A stretch of 64,000 bases of DNA from the human T2T-CHM13v2.0 reference genome, Homo sapiens (GCF_009914755.1 NC_060947.1); one strand, 5' to 3'. Shown: positions 12,463 through 26,199, counted from the first letter of the stretch. Program-made: numbers and translations. The notes: a model not told the origin generated them from the sequence alone.

Positions 12463-12747
12463 GCCGGGCGCAGTGGCTCACGCCTGTAATCCCAGCACTT
12501 TGGGAGGCCGAGGTGGGCGGATCATGAGGTCAGGAGATCAAGACCATCCTGGCTAACACGGTGAAACCCCGTCTCTACTAAAAATACAAAAAATTAGCCG
12601 GGCGTGGTGGCGGGCGCCTGTAGTCCCAGCTACTGGGGCGTGAACCTGGGAGGCGCAACTTGCAGTGAGCCAAGATCGTGCCACTGCACTCCGGCCTGGG
12701 GGACAGGGGAGACTCCGTCTCAAAAAAAAAAAAAAAGAAAGAAAAGA
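12463..12747 (+). mobile_element. AluY with ~20-nt internal deletion in the right arm
   Basis: Y diagnostics gagatc, accatcctggctaacacggtg, ggcgtgaacc; 17-bp TSD aaagaaagaactatgaa (12446-12462 / 12748-12764). Confidence 0.93.
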
Positions 12748-13417
12748 AAAGAAAGAACTATGAAGTAATATGGGAGAGCAATTAAGTTCAGTCTATTCTC
12801 TGCTTCCATCAAACATGAGAAAAAAATGAAAAATATGGAAGATTAATGATAAACATTAGATAAGGTTATGTGATATTTTGGAGCATTATAAAGGAAGGAA
12901 ACAAATTTAGGACATATTTAGAAAGTGGATTTACTGTGCCATTAATATTACAAAATGGCAGTGCAGAGTGGAGGAGGCTGCAATGGAAAATGGTATGAAA
13001 AATGCTTTCTATTAAATCTGAGTAATAGTCTTTGATTATCGGATTTTTCTACCGCCTGAGGTGACGTTAGTGGTCAGCTTACAATGAGGAGGTCTAAAAT
13101 AATTAAACTTCTGCACGAAGAACAGAAAAACTGTTCATGTCAAAGATATTTCTTTATTTCCCATTCGCTTTACAGTCAATGTAATGCAGTCTTCACTGCT
13201 CATCATCCTACAAAAGTTGTTCTTAATAACATCACCTACATCCTTTCTCATTTCCAAGAGAGTGACTGTCTGGATCAGAGCTGTAATCCCAGCACTTAGC
13301 ATAGAATGTGTTACATAGTAGTGCTCAATAAAGGTGTTTTAAGTTAACGAAGACCAGATTTACTTTTTAGTCCTCTTCTCATTTTTCTCCTCTGCAGATA
13401 TTAATTCTATTAAACTC

Positions 13418-13920
13418 TGGTAGGCAGAATAATGCCTCCTCAAAAATGGCCACGTGCTAATCCCTGACATCTGTGAATAAATTATGTTACATGGCAAAGT
13501 GGAATTATTGCAGATAGAATTAGACTTTCTAATTAGCTAACTTTTGATAGGGAGATTATCCCAGATTATCTGAGTGGGCAGGATTTAATCACAGGGGTCC
13601 TTAAAAGGGGGGAAATGTTGGCATAAGGGGAGAATTAGAAAGCACTATGAGAAGGACTTGGTCCGAGGTGGCTGGTTTTGAAGATGTACGAAGAAGGCCG
13701 TGAGCCAAATAACGTGGGAATTCTCTAGAAAATGGAAAAGGCAAGGAGACAGATTCTCCCCTGGAGCATCCAAAAGTACACAGCCCTTCTGGCATCATGA
13801 TTTGAGTCCAGTAAGTTCCAGTTTGGATTTCTGACCTGCAGAACTGTCTGAGAATAAATGTATATAATTTTAAGCCACTAAATTTGTGGTAATTTTATAG
13901 CAGCAATAGGAAACTAATAA
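13418..13920 (+). mobile_element. ERVL-MaLR solo LTR, MLT1D-like
   Basis: tggtaggcagaataatg... start, agggagattatcccagattatc core, end ...ttttaagccactaaatttgtggtaatt...gcagcaataggaaactaata. Confidence 0.82.
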
Positions 13921-13929
13921 ATTACATTT

Positions 13930-14710
13930 CATATTTAAGGCTATTAAGTGACAAATGTGTACTGACACCTACTAGGTGGTAGAAAAACAACTGTGAGAAA
14001 GGCAGTGTCTCTAGCTTTTTTCCTTCTAGCTTAGTGAGAGAAGCAGACACAACAAAAGGGTATGTTGATACAAATATACAGATAAGTTGCCTGATGAAGA
14101 AACTACAGAGTCATGTGACAATCATATATTAAGGAAACTACCTTGAAAAATCCAGAGCTTCCTTGATGAAGTGACATCTCAGCTGAGTTTTGAAAGTTAA
14201 TTAAGAGCAGAGAGACAAGTGGTAGAAAAGAGAACTCCAGAAAATCAAAAGAGCAGGTGAAAGTGTCAGGATGTGAGAGAAAGAGTATGGTCCTTTCCCA
14301 GACCTAGAGATGGTGGAGGAGGATAAAAATGGCAGAGATGACCCTAGAAAAAGTGAAATTATCATCAACCTATTTATGAAGAGCCTGAAAATATAGCCAG
14401 AGGGCAGTTCGAAATCAAAGCAGAATTTTAAGTAGGGAAATAGCAATGTCAGGCTTGGCTTTTAGAAATAAATTTCACAGTGTAGAGAATATTTGGGGAT
14501 AAACTGTAAATAAGAAGACACATGAGCTGATTATACCTATAATCCACGTGAGAAGTAAGCATGACTTGCATTAATGAATGGCAGTGGGGCTGGAAAAGGA
14601 GTAGGTGCATTCAAGATATGTTTACGGGGTAGTATTGGTAAGTACTAATTATTAATTATATGTGGAGTTAGGGGAGTTGGATCATGGATAATCAATGATA
14701 AAGCTAAATT
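13930..14710 (-). mobile_element. L2 fragment
   Basis: L2-like motifs: gaagtgacatctcagctgagttttgaa, gcagaattttaagtaggg, ggcagtggggctggaaaagg. Boundaries approximate. Confidence 0.55.
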
Positions 14711-14796
14711 CCCTGATGGAGAAACTACAGTTCTGTTACAATCATATATTAAGAGAACTAACTTGAAAAATCCAGAGCTTCTCTGATGAGGTTACA
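14090..14796 (+). repeat. Dispersed direct repeat of ~85 bp (14090-14175 and 14712-14796)
   Basis: Both copies read cctgatg-a/g-agaaactacag...acaatcatatattaag...ttgaaaaatccagagctt...tgatga. Confidence 0.9.
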
Positions 14797-15219
14797 GGCT
14801 AGATTATTCAGAATGGCATATAAGGGCCTTCACAATTTGACTCCAGTGTACTCCTCTAAACATATTATCGATTAGGCCTGTTGGCAGTCACCCATATCCC
14901 AAACCTTATATACATCTACCAGGTCTGCCTTAGTCACACAAGCCAAATTTCTCCATAAATAAATCATATGCTTTCTTGCTTTAGTCCTTTGTTCATGCAC
15001 TCCCTAGAATGAGGACACTCACTATTAAGATCTAGGTCGAATGTGAGGGTTTTCACAATCACACTTATCTCCCTGGCATAACTTATCAATCAATCCTTCT
15101 GATATATACATATGTGTAGGCTTTTTTCTAATTATGCATATGTGTATTATCTATGTGTGTGTTACACACATAAATACTTTAACTGTATGTGTATGGACAC
15201 ACAGATACTTTAATTGTGT

Positions 15220-16890
15220 GTGCATTATAATTTATAAAGTGATTTCAAATATCTCATCTTGCTTACACTCACACATACACACATACACACACACAAACAG
15301 AAAATTAGTTTGTTGTCTTCCAATAATGCAGCCCAAATGCCACTCATTACCTCCTAAATGTGACCACACTTAGATGGGAGAATTATTATGTCTTTGCAAC
15401 TCCTGGCACCAAACATGGTATACTGAAGCAGAAATAGGTACTTAGTAAGGGTTTGTTGAATAAATCAAGTGACTAATCAATACTGTAATTAAATCTCAGA
15501 TCTACTAAGTCCTAGACCAATGCTTTCCCCCTGCACTTCATCATACTGCTCAAACTACTCTGTTAATTATAGACCTTCTGTCACCAATTCATTTCCTAAA
15601 TTATCCATTGAGCACCCATTAGACATAAAACTAACTTTCAATGACTTCTCCCCAAAATTTAGCCTTGGAACTGAAATATTGCTACTTATTTTCATCACTA
15701 CAATGAATAAAAAATTAAGAGAAAGAATATTTCTTGCAAACAATCTGCCTTTATTTCTCTAGGTGAATTTCACTCTGTAATATGATATAATTGCCCTTTA
15801 CTTCATCTTTCATGACTGTCATGCTTCTGACACAATGTAAAATGCTATGGATGACCTGTCTGTTCCTTTGCCTCCACTGCAAACGCCACTTCTTTCTCAG
15901 GTAGGTCAATTGCTTTTTTATTGTAGGGAGTTGTTGGACTCAGAAACCAGATTGGAAAGCCATGTCAGCTCATATTGAATAAAAGTTCTCTCCCATTCCC
16001 TGCCACTTAATCACAGAATTTATGCTCCATTAGCAAATTGGAGTTATGGTGAGAACCTAACATAATCGCATAGTTGTATATTCATAAAAATTGCAATGCT
16101 CTATACATTGGAAACATAGCACAAGTATTGTAGAAATATACTTGTGAAGAATTAATCGAAGTTGCATGAAGTAGGACATAATGACAATGAGATTGAAGAA
16201 ATGTATTAGAGTGGAAGAATGATCAGAACTCCAAGAGTATATGAAAAGGTGTTAAGTGGTCTCAGTTGGAAAAACAGTGCCATCTGGTAGATTGTGCAAA
16301 CAGTTAATTCTTATCCTCTTAAAATTGCATGCGTTAGATACAATGCAGGCCGGGGTTACATCATACACTCATTTCAGAGTCAAATAACCTGAGTTCCAAC
16401 TCCAGTTTCACATCTCATTATCTCTGTGGCCTTGAGTAAGTTACTTAACCTCTCTGTATCTCATTGCCTCTATTTGTTTCATGGTAATAGTAATAAAGAT
16501 ACTGAATTGTGAAGACTAAATGTGACACATGTATGACATATTAATGCTGAGAAAGAGAAAAAAATAGACAAAACCTATAAATCTTTACTTCCAAATATAT
16601 TACAACTTCCCGTGGGTCTTCTGTATAAATGACATTATTTCATAAAATAGACACGATTGCTACGTGGCAGCCATGTTAATAATTAGTAGGATTTTTATAG
16701 TATTTGTAAATATGCAAAAAATTCAAGTCTTCTCGATTTGAAAGATAAAAACAAAATATGAAATGATATTCACATAAATTATACCTCCTCATGCTCAAAA
16801 GAATGAAGTAAGTTTTTAGTAATAATGGAAATAATGGATATTTCTGTGGTGCATTATAATTTATAAAGTGATTTCAAATATCTCATCTTG
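15220..16890 (+). repeat. Perfect 42-bp dispersed direct repeat (15220-15261 and 16849-16890)
   Basis: gtgcattataatttataaagtgatttcaaatatctcatcttg is identical at both sites. Confidence 0.95.
16370..16550 (+). mobile_element. MIR
   Basis: Core tgtggccttgagtaagttacttaacctctctgtatctc. Confidence 0.7.
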
Positions 16891-17504
16891 TTTAAACATG
16901 AGTATGTGGGTGTAGACTTGTTAGGAGTAAAAATAAGTTACTATTAATTAGTATGCAGACTTGAAATGTGCTTTGGTAGTGTTCATGAGAAAGATGACTT
17001 ATTTTTGTTAAAGTAATAACCATAGACTAATTATGACAGAATAAATCAAAATAAGGTCAAGGTCTCCAGTGTAATTTAGAGGTGAAATTAACTACTTGGA
17101 TATTGTAGCAGAACTGCTAACTAGATGCCTGTTTCCATACAGCTGCCTACTCAATATTACTTTTAAAAGATTCAAATTCTCCCCTGAAAATTTAAAAAAA
17201 TACATTGTTCTGTGGTGTATATTTATCTATTTTTATGGGTTGCAAAATACTTCTTTGCAAACCAAAAGGAAAGCAAACAGCCAAATGTGCACGACACACA
17301 ACAGCCATTTCCAAACATATTGTTAATGAGATGCTTTAGAAACAGACAAATGGTCAAACACAGGGCCTGGATTATAAGGGGATATTTAAATCACAAGATG
17401 TATTTACTCAACTTACACTATGGAGTAAAGGTTAATAAAATGGCATAGTAGATGAGGATAATGCCTCATCCCTTATTTCACCGAGCCATCCCTGAGTTCA
17501 CCTA

Positions 17505-17870
17505 TAACTATAGTGAACGGATTCTGTGGATGCTGAAGATTCCTCACCACAAGCATCCACATCTCTCTGTTTCTTTGTGTTAAGGCTTTCTTCAGTTTAG
17601 GAGGGCTTGGTAAGCCCATTTGCAGGGCAGTCCAGAAGTGATAGAGATTTAGTTCTCCCAGGGGCAACCCTCAATAAACGAGGGACAGAAGTCTATGTAT
17701 TAAAAAGGACAAAAAAAAAAAAAAAACAATGGAACAATTGCTAAGCATGCCCTGTAGGGCTCCTCAATTGTTGCATGGGATATGTAATCCAGAATGGCCC
17801 ATAGGAGCATCGTTATTGTCTGCTCTCTGTAGTGGAATTTGAGCCCACATTTCTTGGCTTGATCATGCAC
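17505..17870 (+). mobile_element. Old ERVL LTR fragment, LTR16-like
   Basis: gcagtccagaagtg...ctcccaggggcaaccctcaataaacgaggg resembles the recalled LTR16 core; heavily diverged. Confidence 0.4.
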
Positions 17871-17872
17871 TA

Positions 17873-18391
<519 letters not shown>

Positions 18392-18439
18392 CTATATATT
18401 TAATTGCATTAGAACTTCTTGAACAAGTTGGTAGTTTAC

Positions 18440-18834
18440 ATTATTTGCTCATCGGCTTCTTTTTCTTCCTCCTTTCCACTTGCCATGGTTCACCATGGGT
18501 GGATTATACATCCCACTCACTGATGTGGCCTTGGTCATGTGACTTGCCTTGACCAGTGGAACACAGTCAGATATGAGAGTGTGTCAATTCTGAGCTAGGG
18601 GCTTAAGAATCATAAAGTGTTTTCACTTTTCTTGGTCCTTCCTCCCTTTGTCAGGGGAAGTACACGCCTCAGGTAGCCTCTGTTCCTAAAAGGAGAGATG
18701 CATAGAGCTGACCTGTACTCAATACAAAATTGAACCTGACATGTGAATAAGAAATAAATGTTTGTTCTTATAAGTCATTGAGATTTGGATTTGTTTTTTA
18801 CAGAGCATTAGCCTATAATAAAGCTGACTAATAT
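18440..18834 (+). mobile_element. ERVL-MaLR LTR, MLT1I/J-like
   Basis: ggccttggtcatgtgacttgccttgaccagtgg; end aataaatgtttgttcttataagtcattgagattt...aaagctgactaatata. Confidence 0.7.
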
Positions 18835-19837
18835 AGCAGGTAAATAGTAAATGTGGCCCATAGAATAAAATTCAATAATGATGGAATGTATATAACCTCT
18901 TCATTTAAAAAAGAGAGGGTTGTATTCCATCATTAAATTTAAAATAAGCTGAACAATGGGTTTTAAATGAAGTATTAAAAGCTTTCCAAAAATTGCCCTT
19001 TCAGAATATATTATCTTTTAAATCTTGGTCTTTCTCCTTACCATACCATTCAAAATTTAAACATTAAAACAAGCAGGTTGTTCTCATACATGGCCAAGTA
19101 TTAGCACAGACAGAAATCAATGTAGAAAACAATTTAAGTGGAAAATAAGTTTTAAGGAAATGCAGTGAGTTATTGTAATAGCAATGGTCAGTACTGAGCC
19201 TGCTCATTTCCACCTTGTGCCAAATACTGAAAGCACTTAAAACAGAAATAAAGTTTCGGAGTAATCATTCACTCCCTGTTCACCAAATACGGAAGTCTTA
19301 AGCCAGTGTTTATGAAAGATCAAGCCAAAAATTATAAATAGGAATAAAGGCCAAACATGTTTTCAGCACTGACGGGAAACTTTGCAGTCAGTAAAAGAAC
19401 ATTAGAGTCAGTCTTTTAGAAAAGGGTTTGGAAAATTATTACTGAGAATACAAAAGAAATCCTGGGAGCTAATCAAAAGAGGAGACAGTTTTGAGAGTTA
19501 ATCAGGTGCCAATGCTAATAGATTATCCAAGTGGCAGAGCAAAGAAGGTCCAGAGTCACACAATCAATTTTTATTCAGCTTGAGTTGCTAATACTGATGA
19601 CAAGTGGTTAACGACTGCTTCTTCCAAGATTCTTAATGAAAGACTTCTCTTTTCTCAGGTTTATTATGCCACTGGATTAAAAAAGGTATTTATTTCTGTA
19701 CTAAGATCGGTGACAGGACTACACCGAGAACACGTCCCTCAGTGTACATTGCCAATAGATGAGTTTTGTCTATATCTTGATTGACTAATCATTTAATAGA
19801 TGTGAGTGTAGGTTGGCATGCAAATTAAGTAACTTTT

Positions 19838-20140
19838 GGCCAGGCGCGGTGGCTCACGCCTGTAATCCCGGCACTTTGGGAGGCCGAGGTGGCCGGATCA
19901 CAAGGTCAGGAGATCGAGACCCTCCTGGCAAACACGGTGAAACCCCGTCTCTACTAAAAATACAAAAAAAAAAAAAAAAAACTAGCCGGGCGTGGTGGCG
20001 GGCACCTGTAGTCTCAGCTACTTGGGAGGCTGAGACAGGAGAATGGCTGAACCCGGGAGGCGGAGCTTGCAGTGAGCCGAGATCGCGCCACTGCACTCCA
20101 GCTTGGGCGACAGAGCGAGACTCCGTCTCAAAAAAAAAAA
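19838..20140 (+). mobile_element. AluY with expanded middle A-tract
   Basis: gagatcgagacc, gagaatggc, ggagcttgcagtg and retained CpGs; no TSD recognised. Confidence 0.95.
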
Positions 20141-20779
20141 GCTCTCATACTAGCCTTATTGTTTGCACTTAGGTATCACTGAGTTGAACTTGTAGAGGAA
20201 AATATAACAGAATTACAAAAGATTTAGACATTGTAGAAAAAATTTGGATTTTTATTATATAAAACAAACAATAGATTTTGAGGTTTTAAGGGAATTTTCT
20301 GTTTCGAAAAACAGCATTTTAAGTATAGTTTTATTTCATCTTCATAAATTGTAAACTTTATTTTAAATTCTAGTCATTACAAAAGACTTTAAGTCAAATG
20401 GCAAATTGCTTTCCTCTATAGCCAATTTAAAATGTTTGAATGGTTATCTATATATACATATGTATTCAGGTTGTGTTCATATACATATTGTTATATACAT
20501 ACATAAGTTTCATACATATATAATATATAAAGTTCATATATGCATGTGTATAATTTTATATTCTGATATGAATATAAAATTCATGAATTGTAGCACACTG
20601 AAAACATTAGTTTTTGATTAGAGAACATTAAAATGATTGTAAAGTAGAATCTCCAGAATTTCCAAAGTTTGTATATTGAAGACATTCGAATTTTCTAATT
20701 TAAAGATTTGATCATTCCGAGCGCCTACTAAACGAATTATAAAGGGAATGGCTTTCCTGAATTACAGTAATATGGTAGT

Positions 20780-21345
20780 TTTAGCTTTGAACCTGCCTAT
20801 CTGGGTTCGAAAGGTAGTTCTGCTACTTATTAACAGTGTGCCTCTGTTTCCTCACCTGTAGAATAATGATAATAATATCGGTGTAGCTTTGTCATGAGCT
20901 TTGGATGAATGTTCCCACTTGAACCCTGGCTCTAACACTAACTTGCTCTATGGGCTTCTGTTAATCATTTAATTATGTGGAATACAATTTCCTCAACTTT
21001 AAAACATAGAATTTGGAAAAGATAATTTCTATGTGTTCCGCCAGTTCTAAAACTCTATCATCTGCTTCTTTATTCTAGGTTTTTGTTTGTTTATTTGTTT
21101 CTGCAGGATGCAGTTTACAGTCCTTGTTGGAGTATGCTCTGGAATCATACGGCCTGGATTTAAAGTCCAGTTTTGCCGCTTACTGGCTGAGTTTTCTCAA
21201 TTTATTTACATAACTTTTCTTTCCTTTAGTTTTCTCATCTGTAAAATAGGTACTAAAATAATAACTATCTCATAGTGTCGTTGTGAGGACTAAATAAGCC
21301 ATTATCTTTATATGGCATAGAAAGTGTCTGGCCCCAAATGAGTAA
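20780..21345 (+). mobile_element. Cluster of MIR fragments
   Basis: Repeated MIR cores: tgcctctgtttcctcacctgtagaat, aatttcctcaactttaaaac, agttttctcatctgtaaaatagg...tgtgaggactaaataa. Confidence 0.6.
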
Positions 21346-23214
21346 TCAACATTGTTATTCCTATCCTGAAATCTATGGGCTTTCAATACGACTATGGAAT
21401 AAACCCCTAAAATTGTGGGCAAAATTTTATGAGTGTGTATATATGAGAGTCCACAGTCATCAGCAGATTCTAAAAGGGCTCCATGGTTTGAAAAATGTTG
21501 GATGAAAAATATAGACATTATTCTGGCTCTTATGGATATTAATGATCTCTGTTTTACTTTTTTCTGGAACAGTGGCATTAACAGCAATAGACCTGTTTTT
21601 ATTATTTTTCTTTACTTTGCTTTTTTTTACATGTTTATTTAAGAGATCTGCTCTTCATCTCTGTCACCATTGTACCATTCTTTTTATGGATATACACACA
21701 GTAATTGGCACTGAAAGAGGTATAATTATATACACTGCAGCTATGCCAGAGAAAGCCAGGGCTCCTTATCTGGCCTAGGGAATAAATAATGGGTTTTCTT
21801 CATATTCTCTTAGATATTACTCTTCAGCCACCTAGGATTGGGCACTATTTTTTTGTTGTTGTTAGTTTCTTGTGCTTCCATATACACAGATGCAGTTTCT
21901 TGTCACCCATTATATTGCAATGCCCTTTCTGAAAAGAGCCCAGCCTTTTTCTGTAATGTACTTTGACAGTAAGTATTGACATAATGTAATACAGTAATTG
22001 GAACTCAGAAAGATTTGTTTGCTACCTGACTGCTTAAGACATTTTAATGCCTTAATCGGACACATATTTTTAATGCACATTTTTCTTTAGTTAGAGCAGC
22101 CCATGTCATGAAGGAACCACTCAAATGTGGAATTGATGGTTTTCACAGGATATAAAAAACATCATGCCATACAAGAAACAAATCACTCCTTTCTGCATAG
22201 ATACAGTGAATTCACAGCTTGGAAACCAGTATTTTCAAAGCGTGGTATGAAAGTGTCTGAGAATAAACTCTCAGCAGAGATCAGTAGAAATAACCAGTAA
22301 CCGCTAAAAGAGGAACATTATTGATTGGCAAAGTAATCCAAAAAAGAGAAAAGATGTGTGTGAACTTAATACTAAATTTAGACAAGTATTCATTGATTAG
22401 GAAATCAAAATTCAAGATAAAGAAACATCTTCAGAGATTAAAAGTAGTCTTTCATTGTTTGAGTAACCTAGCTGAGGAGTCAAACTAAAACCAATAGATT
22501 GTAATTAGTATGATGCTTTAGGATAAAGTTGAATAAAGAGAGCGAGAGAGAGACAGAGAGAGAGATGCATTATTTACCCTGATGTTTATACAATGCCAAG
22601 GTCAATTAATTTATAAATTAAATTTATGTTTATTAGCCAAATTTTAGAAACTAGAGAAAAAGTGAGTATTAAAAGCTTTAGGATTTAAAGTTTGATATAT
22701 TTCCTTTGCATTTTCCTTGCATAATTGTAATTGCATTGCACAAGTAGTTAGACACCTTACTTTCTTCATTTAAAATAACAGGGTTTCCAATGTTGTTCAA
22801 ACACAATTTAAATATCTAGAAGCATTGTCTTCTTTGTTCCCATAAAAATTACCATTCTGCTTTTTTTTGGAACCTTGAAAAATGGTCTCATAATTTTTGC
22901 TATTAAAATAGTCTTGCAATTACTATCAATATAGATAAAGCCTCCACCCAAATGTGGGATTATTACCTTAGAAAAGAGTCTCAAAAATTATAATGGATTT
23001 AGGTGAAAAATCATCTCCGTAAGTTTTGGTACATATTTTCAAATTACTTCTCAAAAATTCCATATTAAACCACATTCCTACCTGTAATGGATGAAAAGGT
23101 CTATAACGTTGCATTGTAACCTACATTGAATACATTAAATAGAAATGTAATTCATATGTAATTCAATGTAATTCACATATATGTCTGTGTATGTCTATCT
23201 AAACATGAATGCAT

Positions 23215-23270
23215 GTGTGTGTATATATATATATACATACATATACATATACACATACATACGTATGTAT
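23215..23270. repeat. (TG)/(TA)/(CATA) simple repeat
   Basis: tgtgtgtgtatatatatatatacatacatatacatatacacatacatac. Confidence 0.85.
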
Positions 23271-25123
23271 TTAAAGAATTTAGACTTGGGTCTTAGAATC
23301 AGGCTCTCCCTGAATCCTTCAACTGCGAGATATAAATATAAGGGAATGTTGGCAATCATGGTCTGCTACATGAGGAACAGCGGAAGCCAATCTGCAATAA
23401 AAAAGATAGTTTAGAGAGAAGGAGATGTGACAGAGAGTCCTGGAAGGTTTTGATTGCATTTTCTGAGGTGTACTGCAATTTGCCCTAACCTGCCTTGAGA
23501 AACATTTTAATCCTTAGAATAAACGTATCCTTTGGAATAAATTCCACATTTGATAAAGATAGTTCAAATTTGGTATAAGTTATTTGTAGCCAAGTGTCCT
23601 AATTAATACTCAAGTAATAAGTAGTTTACTGCTTAACAGTAGAATTAGTTCTATTTCATATAATTTTTCCATCTCTCATTCAGATGGGAAGTTGCTCTCC
23701 TTCCTCTTGTAAGGTCATGATGCTCTATATCTGCAAACTCAAGGGAGAAAAAGTCTCTTAACTTGAAACTATACAGGAAAAAAAAAAAACCCTGATGTCA
23801 TTTCTAGTACTTAATTGGTATTTATCTGCCATAAACACATGAAGCTGTTTTGGTTTGTTCAGTTACCCTTGTCTGCATAGGGCCATTTAAACCCAAATTG
23901 GAATTGTCTCTGGGTTACTATCAGTGATAACAAGAACTTTCAATTCATGCCAATTATAGGAATTCACAAACACAGATAGGGGTGACCAAGGAATCCAACC
24001 AGAACTTTCTGTTTAATTTCATTAGACTCAGACTTAATGAGAAAAAAAAATCATTAGCACTGAAAAACTTGTAAGTCTTGTTTAGTTTCTTGCTGAAATT
24101 TAAATAATACTGATTGTGTCTGTGATGGAAACTGGTAAAGAATAAAATGAATATTTAATTTAGTAAGGTATACAAAACAAAACATGAGAGGGAGCATAGC
24201 TATTCCTAAATGGAAAAATAAATTGGTATACTACAATAGGAAGTATGATTTCCTTTTAATATGTTTGTTTTATAGAAGTTACTAATTGCAGAAACCATTT
24301 TGATTTAACATCATCAATAAAATCAATGTGTGAACAATATCATTACATTCGAAAGATGACATGTCTAACAAAATGGCACTATCAATATATATGTATTTAA
24401 AGACAGTCTCCCTTTAACTTTGCTAGACACCAAAAGTTTAAATGCACAATGCCAAGGGCAGTTAAGTGTCAAAATACAAATGTATCTTAATATTTTATTT
24501 AAGGCTTCTATTGTTAAAAATAATGCATCTAACATAATAAAGAGGGTATTTGAAATTTCATATTTCAATATCCCCATGGTTTGCCATAGAAGACAAATAT
24601 AAATACATGCATGAAATTGTGATTTTATTTTCTTGGTTACTTTTTGGTTACAGCTCATCACTTTGCATTAGTGCATACCTCCAAACCTCCAATAATCTCA
24701 TATGCATCATTATAAGGAGATGAAAGGGATTAAGAAATAAGTTTAAGTCAGTGCATAGAATATTAAAAGTTCCTTTGCATCTAATATGAATGGAAGTGAT
24801 TACTATTAATATAAACTCAATAATAAAATAAGCAAATGCCTGCTTTTATTTTCTCCTAATTAACAAGTTTAATCCTTTGCACTTAATGTTAGTTGTTTGC
24901 CCCGGAGCCCGGCATTGGTAGACATCTCACTGCTCATGGGCCATTCTTGTCACCTTGACTCCCAGCTCAACTTTGGGATGGATGTTTCAAACCACCTGCC
25001 TCGATGTGTTCAAACTTTGTGTGAGAGCATTTTTGAAGGAATGTAATTGAGTATGAATTATGTGACAGTAGATATGTGAATTTTGACTGAAAAGTTTTGT
25101 AAAACTTGAGAAATGAACCTTTT

Positions 25124-25425
25124 GGCTGGGCACGGTGACTCACATCTGTAATCCCAGCACTCTAGGAGCTGAGGTGGGTGAATCACTTGAGGTCAGGAGT
25201 TCGAGACCAGCTTGGCCAACATGGCGAAACCCCGTCTCTACTAAAAAACACAAAAATTAGCCGGGCATGGTGGCATGCACCTGTAATCCCAGCTACTCGC
25301 AAGTCTCAGGCAGGAGAATCGCATGAACCCAGGAGGCAGAAGTTGCAGTGAGCCAAGATCGCGTCACTGCACTCCAGCCTGGGTGACAGAGCGAGGCTTC
25401 GTCTCAAAAAAGAAAAAAAAGAAAA
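25124..25425 (+). mobile_element. AluS (Sx/Sz-like)
   Basis: Full dimer with A tail; degenerate TSD aaatgaacctttt / aaatgaaattttt. Confidence 0.95.
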
Positions 25426-26199
25426 ATGAAATTTTTTCTTCAATTTTATAGTAAATGAAGAAAACATTTCATTTCTCCGAAGACTATTTTGATTGACACC
25501 CGTAGCCTATGGGGGTTTCATATTCCCTCTTTTCCGTTGTTGGAGATATCATGGTTTAAATTTTTAGGAAGTATCTCAATCATTCATAAAAGTGTGAGTA
25601 TTCTAAGTTACTTCAATGAGATACAAAATTTTGGAGCCCTGCTTCCATGTTTCAACTTCAAAAGTAGAAGTCAGTTCGAACTCCCTGGTGACTGCACTTG
25701 AGAATAAACTATCAGTCAATACCACACTCCTTATCTTTTCTTTTTCCTTCCTACGCCCACCCCACCCCACCCCACCAAACAAACAAACAAAACAAAAAGG
25801 CCAGGACAGCAGGTTCTACACTTTTGAATGCAATTTTGGACAGTGTGCCAAATCTCAGTTTCAACATCACAAATTAGGTTTCACAAATGGATTCTGAATA
25901 TACAAAATGCTTTTGAGTCACCTTTTTTCTTCACCTTTAAATTAAAAGCTCTGAAATACAATGAAGTGTTTTCTTCAGCTTTTCATGACTTTTCCCATTG
26001 GGTGATTCACAGATAACAGGTCCTCAATACATTTTTATTAAATTCAATTTTTAAAATATCACTTATCTACTACGGCCTTTCTCTAATAAAAATAAGTATT
26101 ATTCATTGTTTCCATCTAAAGTAAGGGTAACTGTAATGATTAACATGTCGAATGTGGATATCCCAAGAGGGTAAAATACTTACGCTTTCCATCATAATC

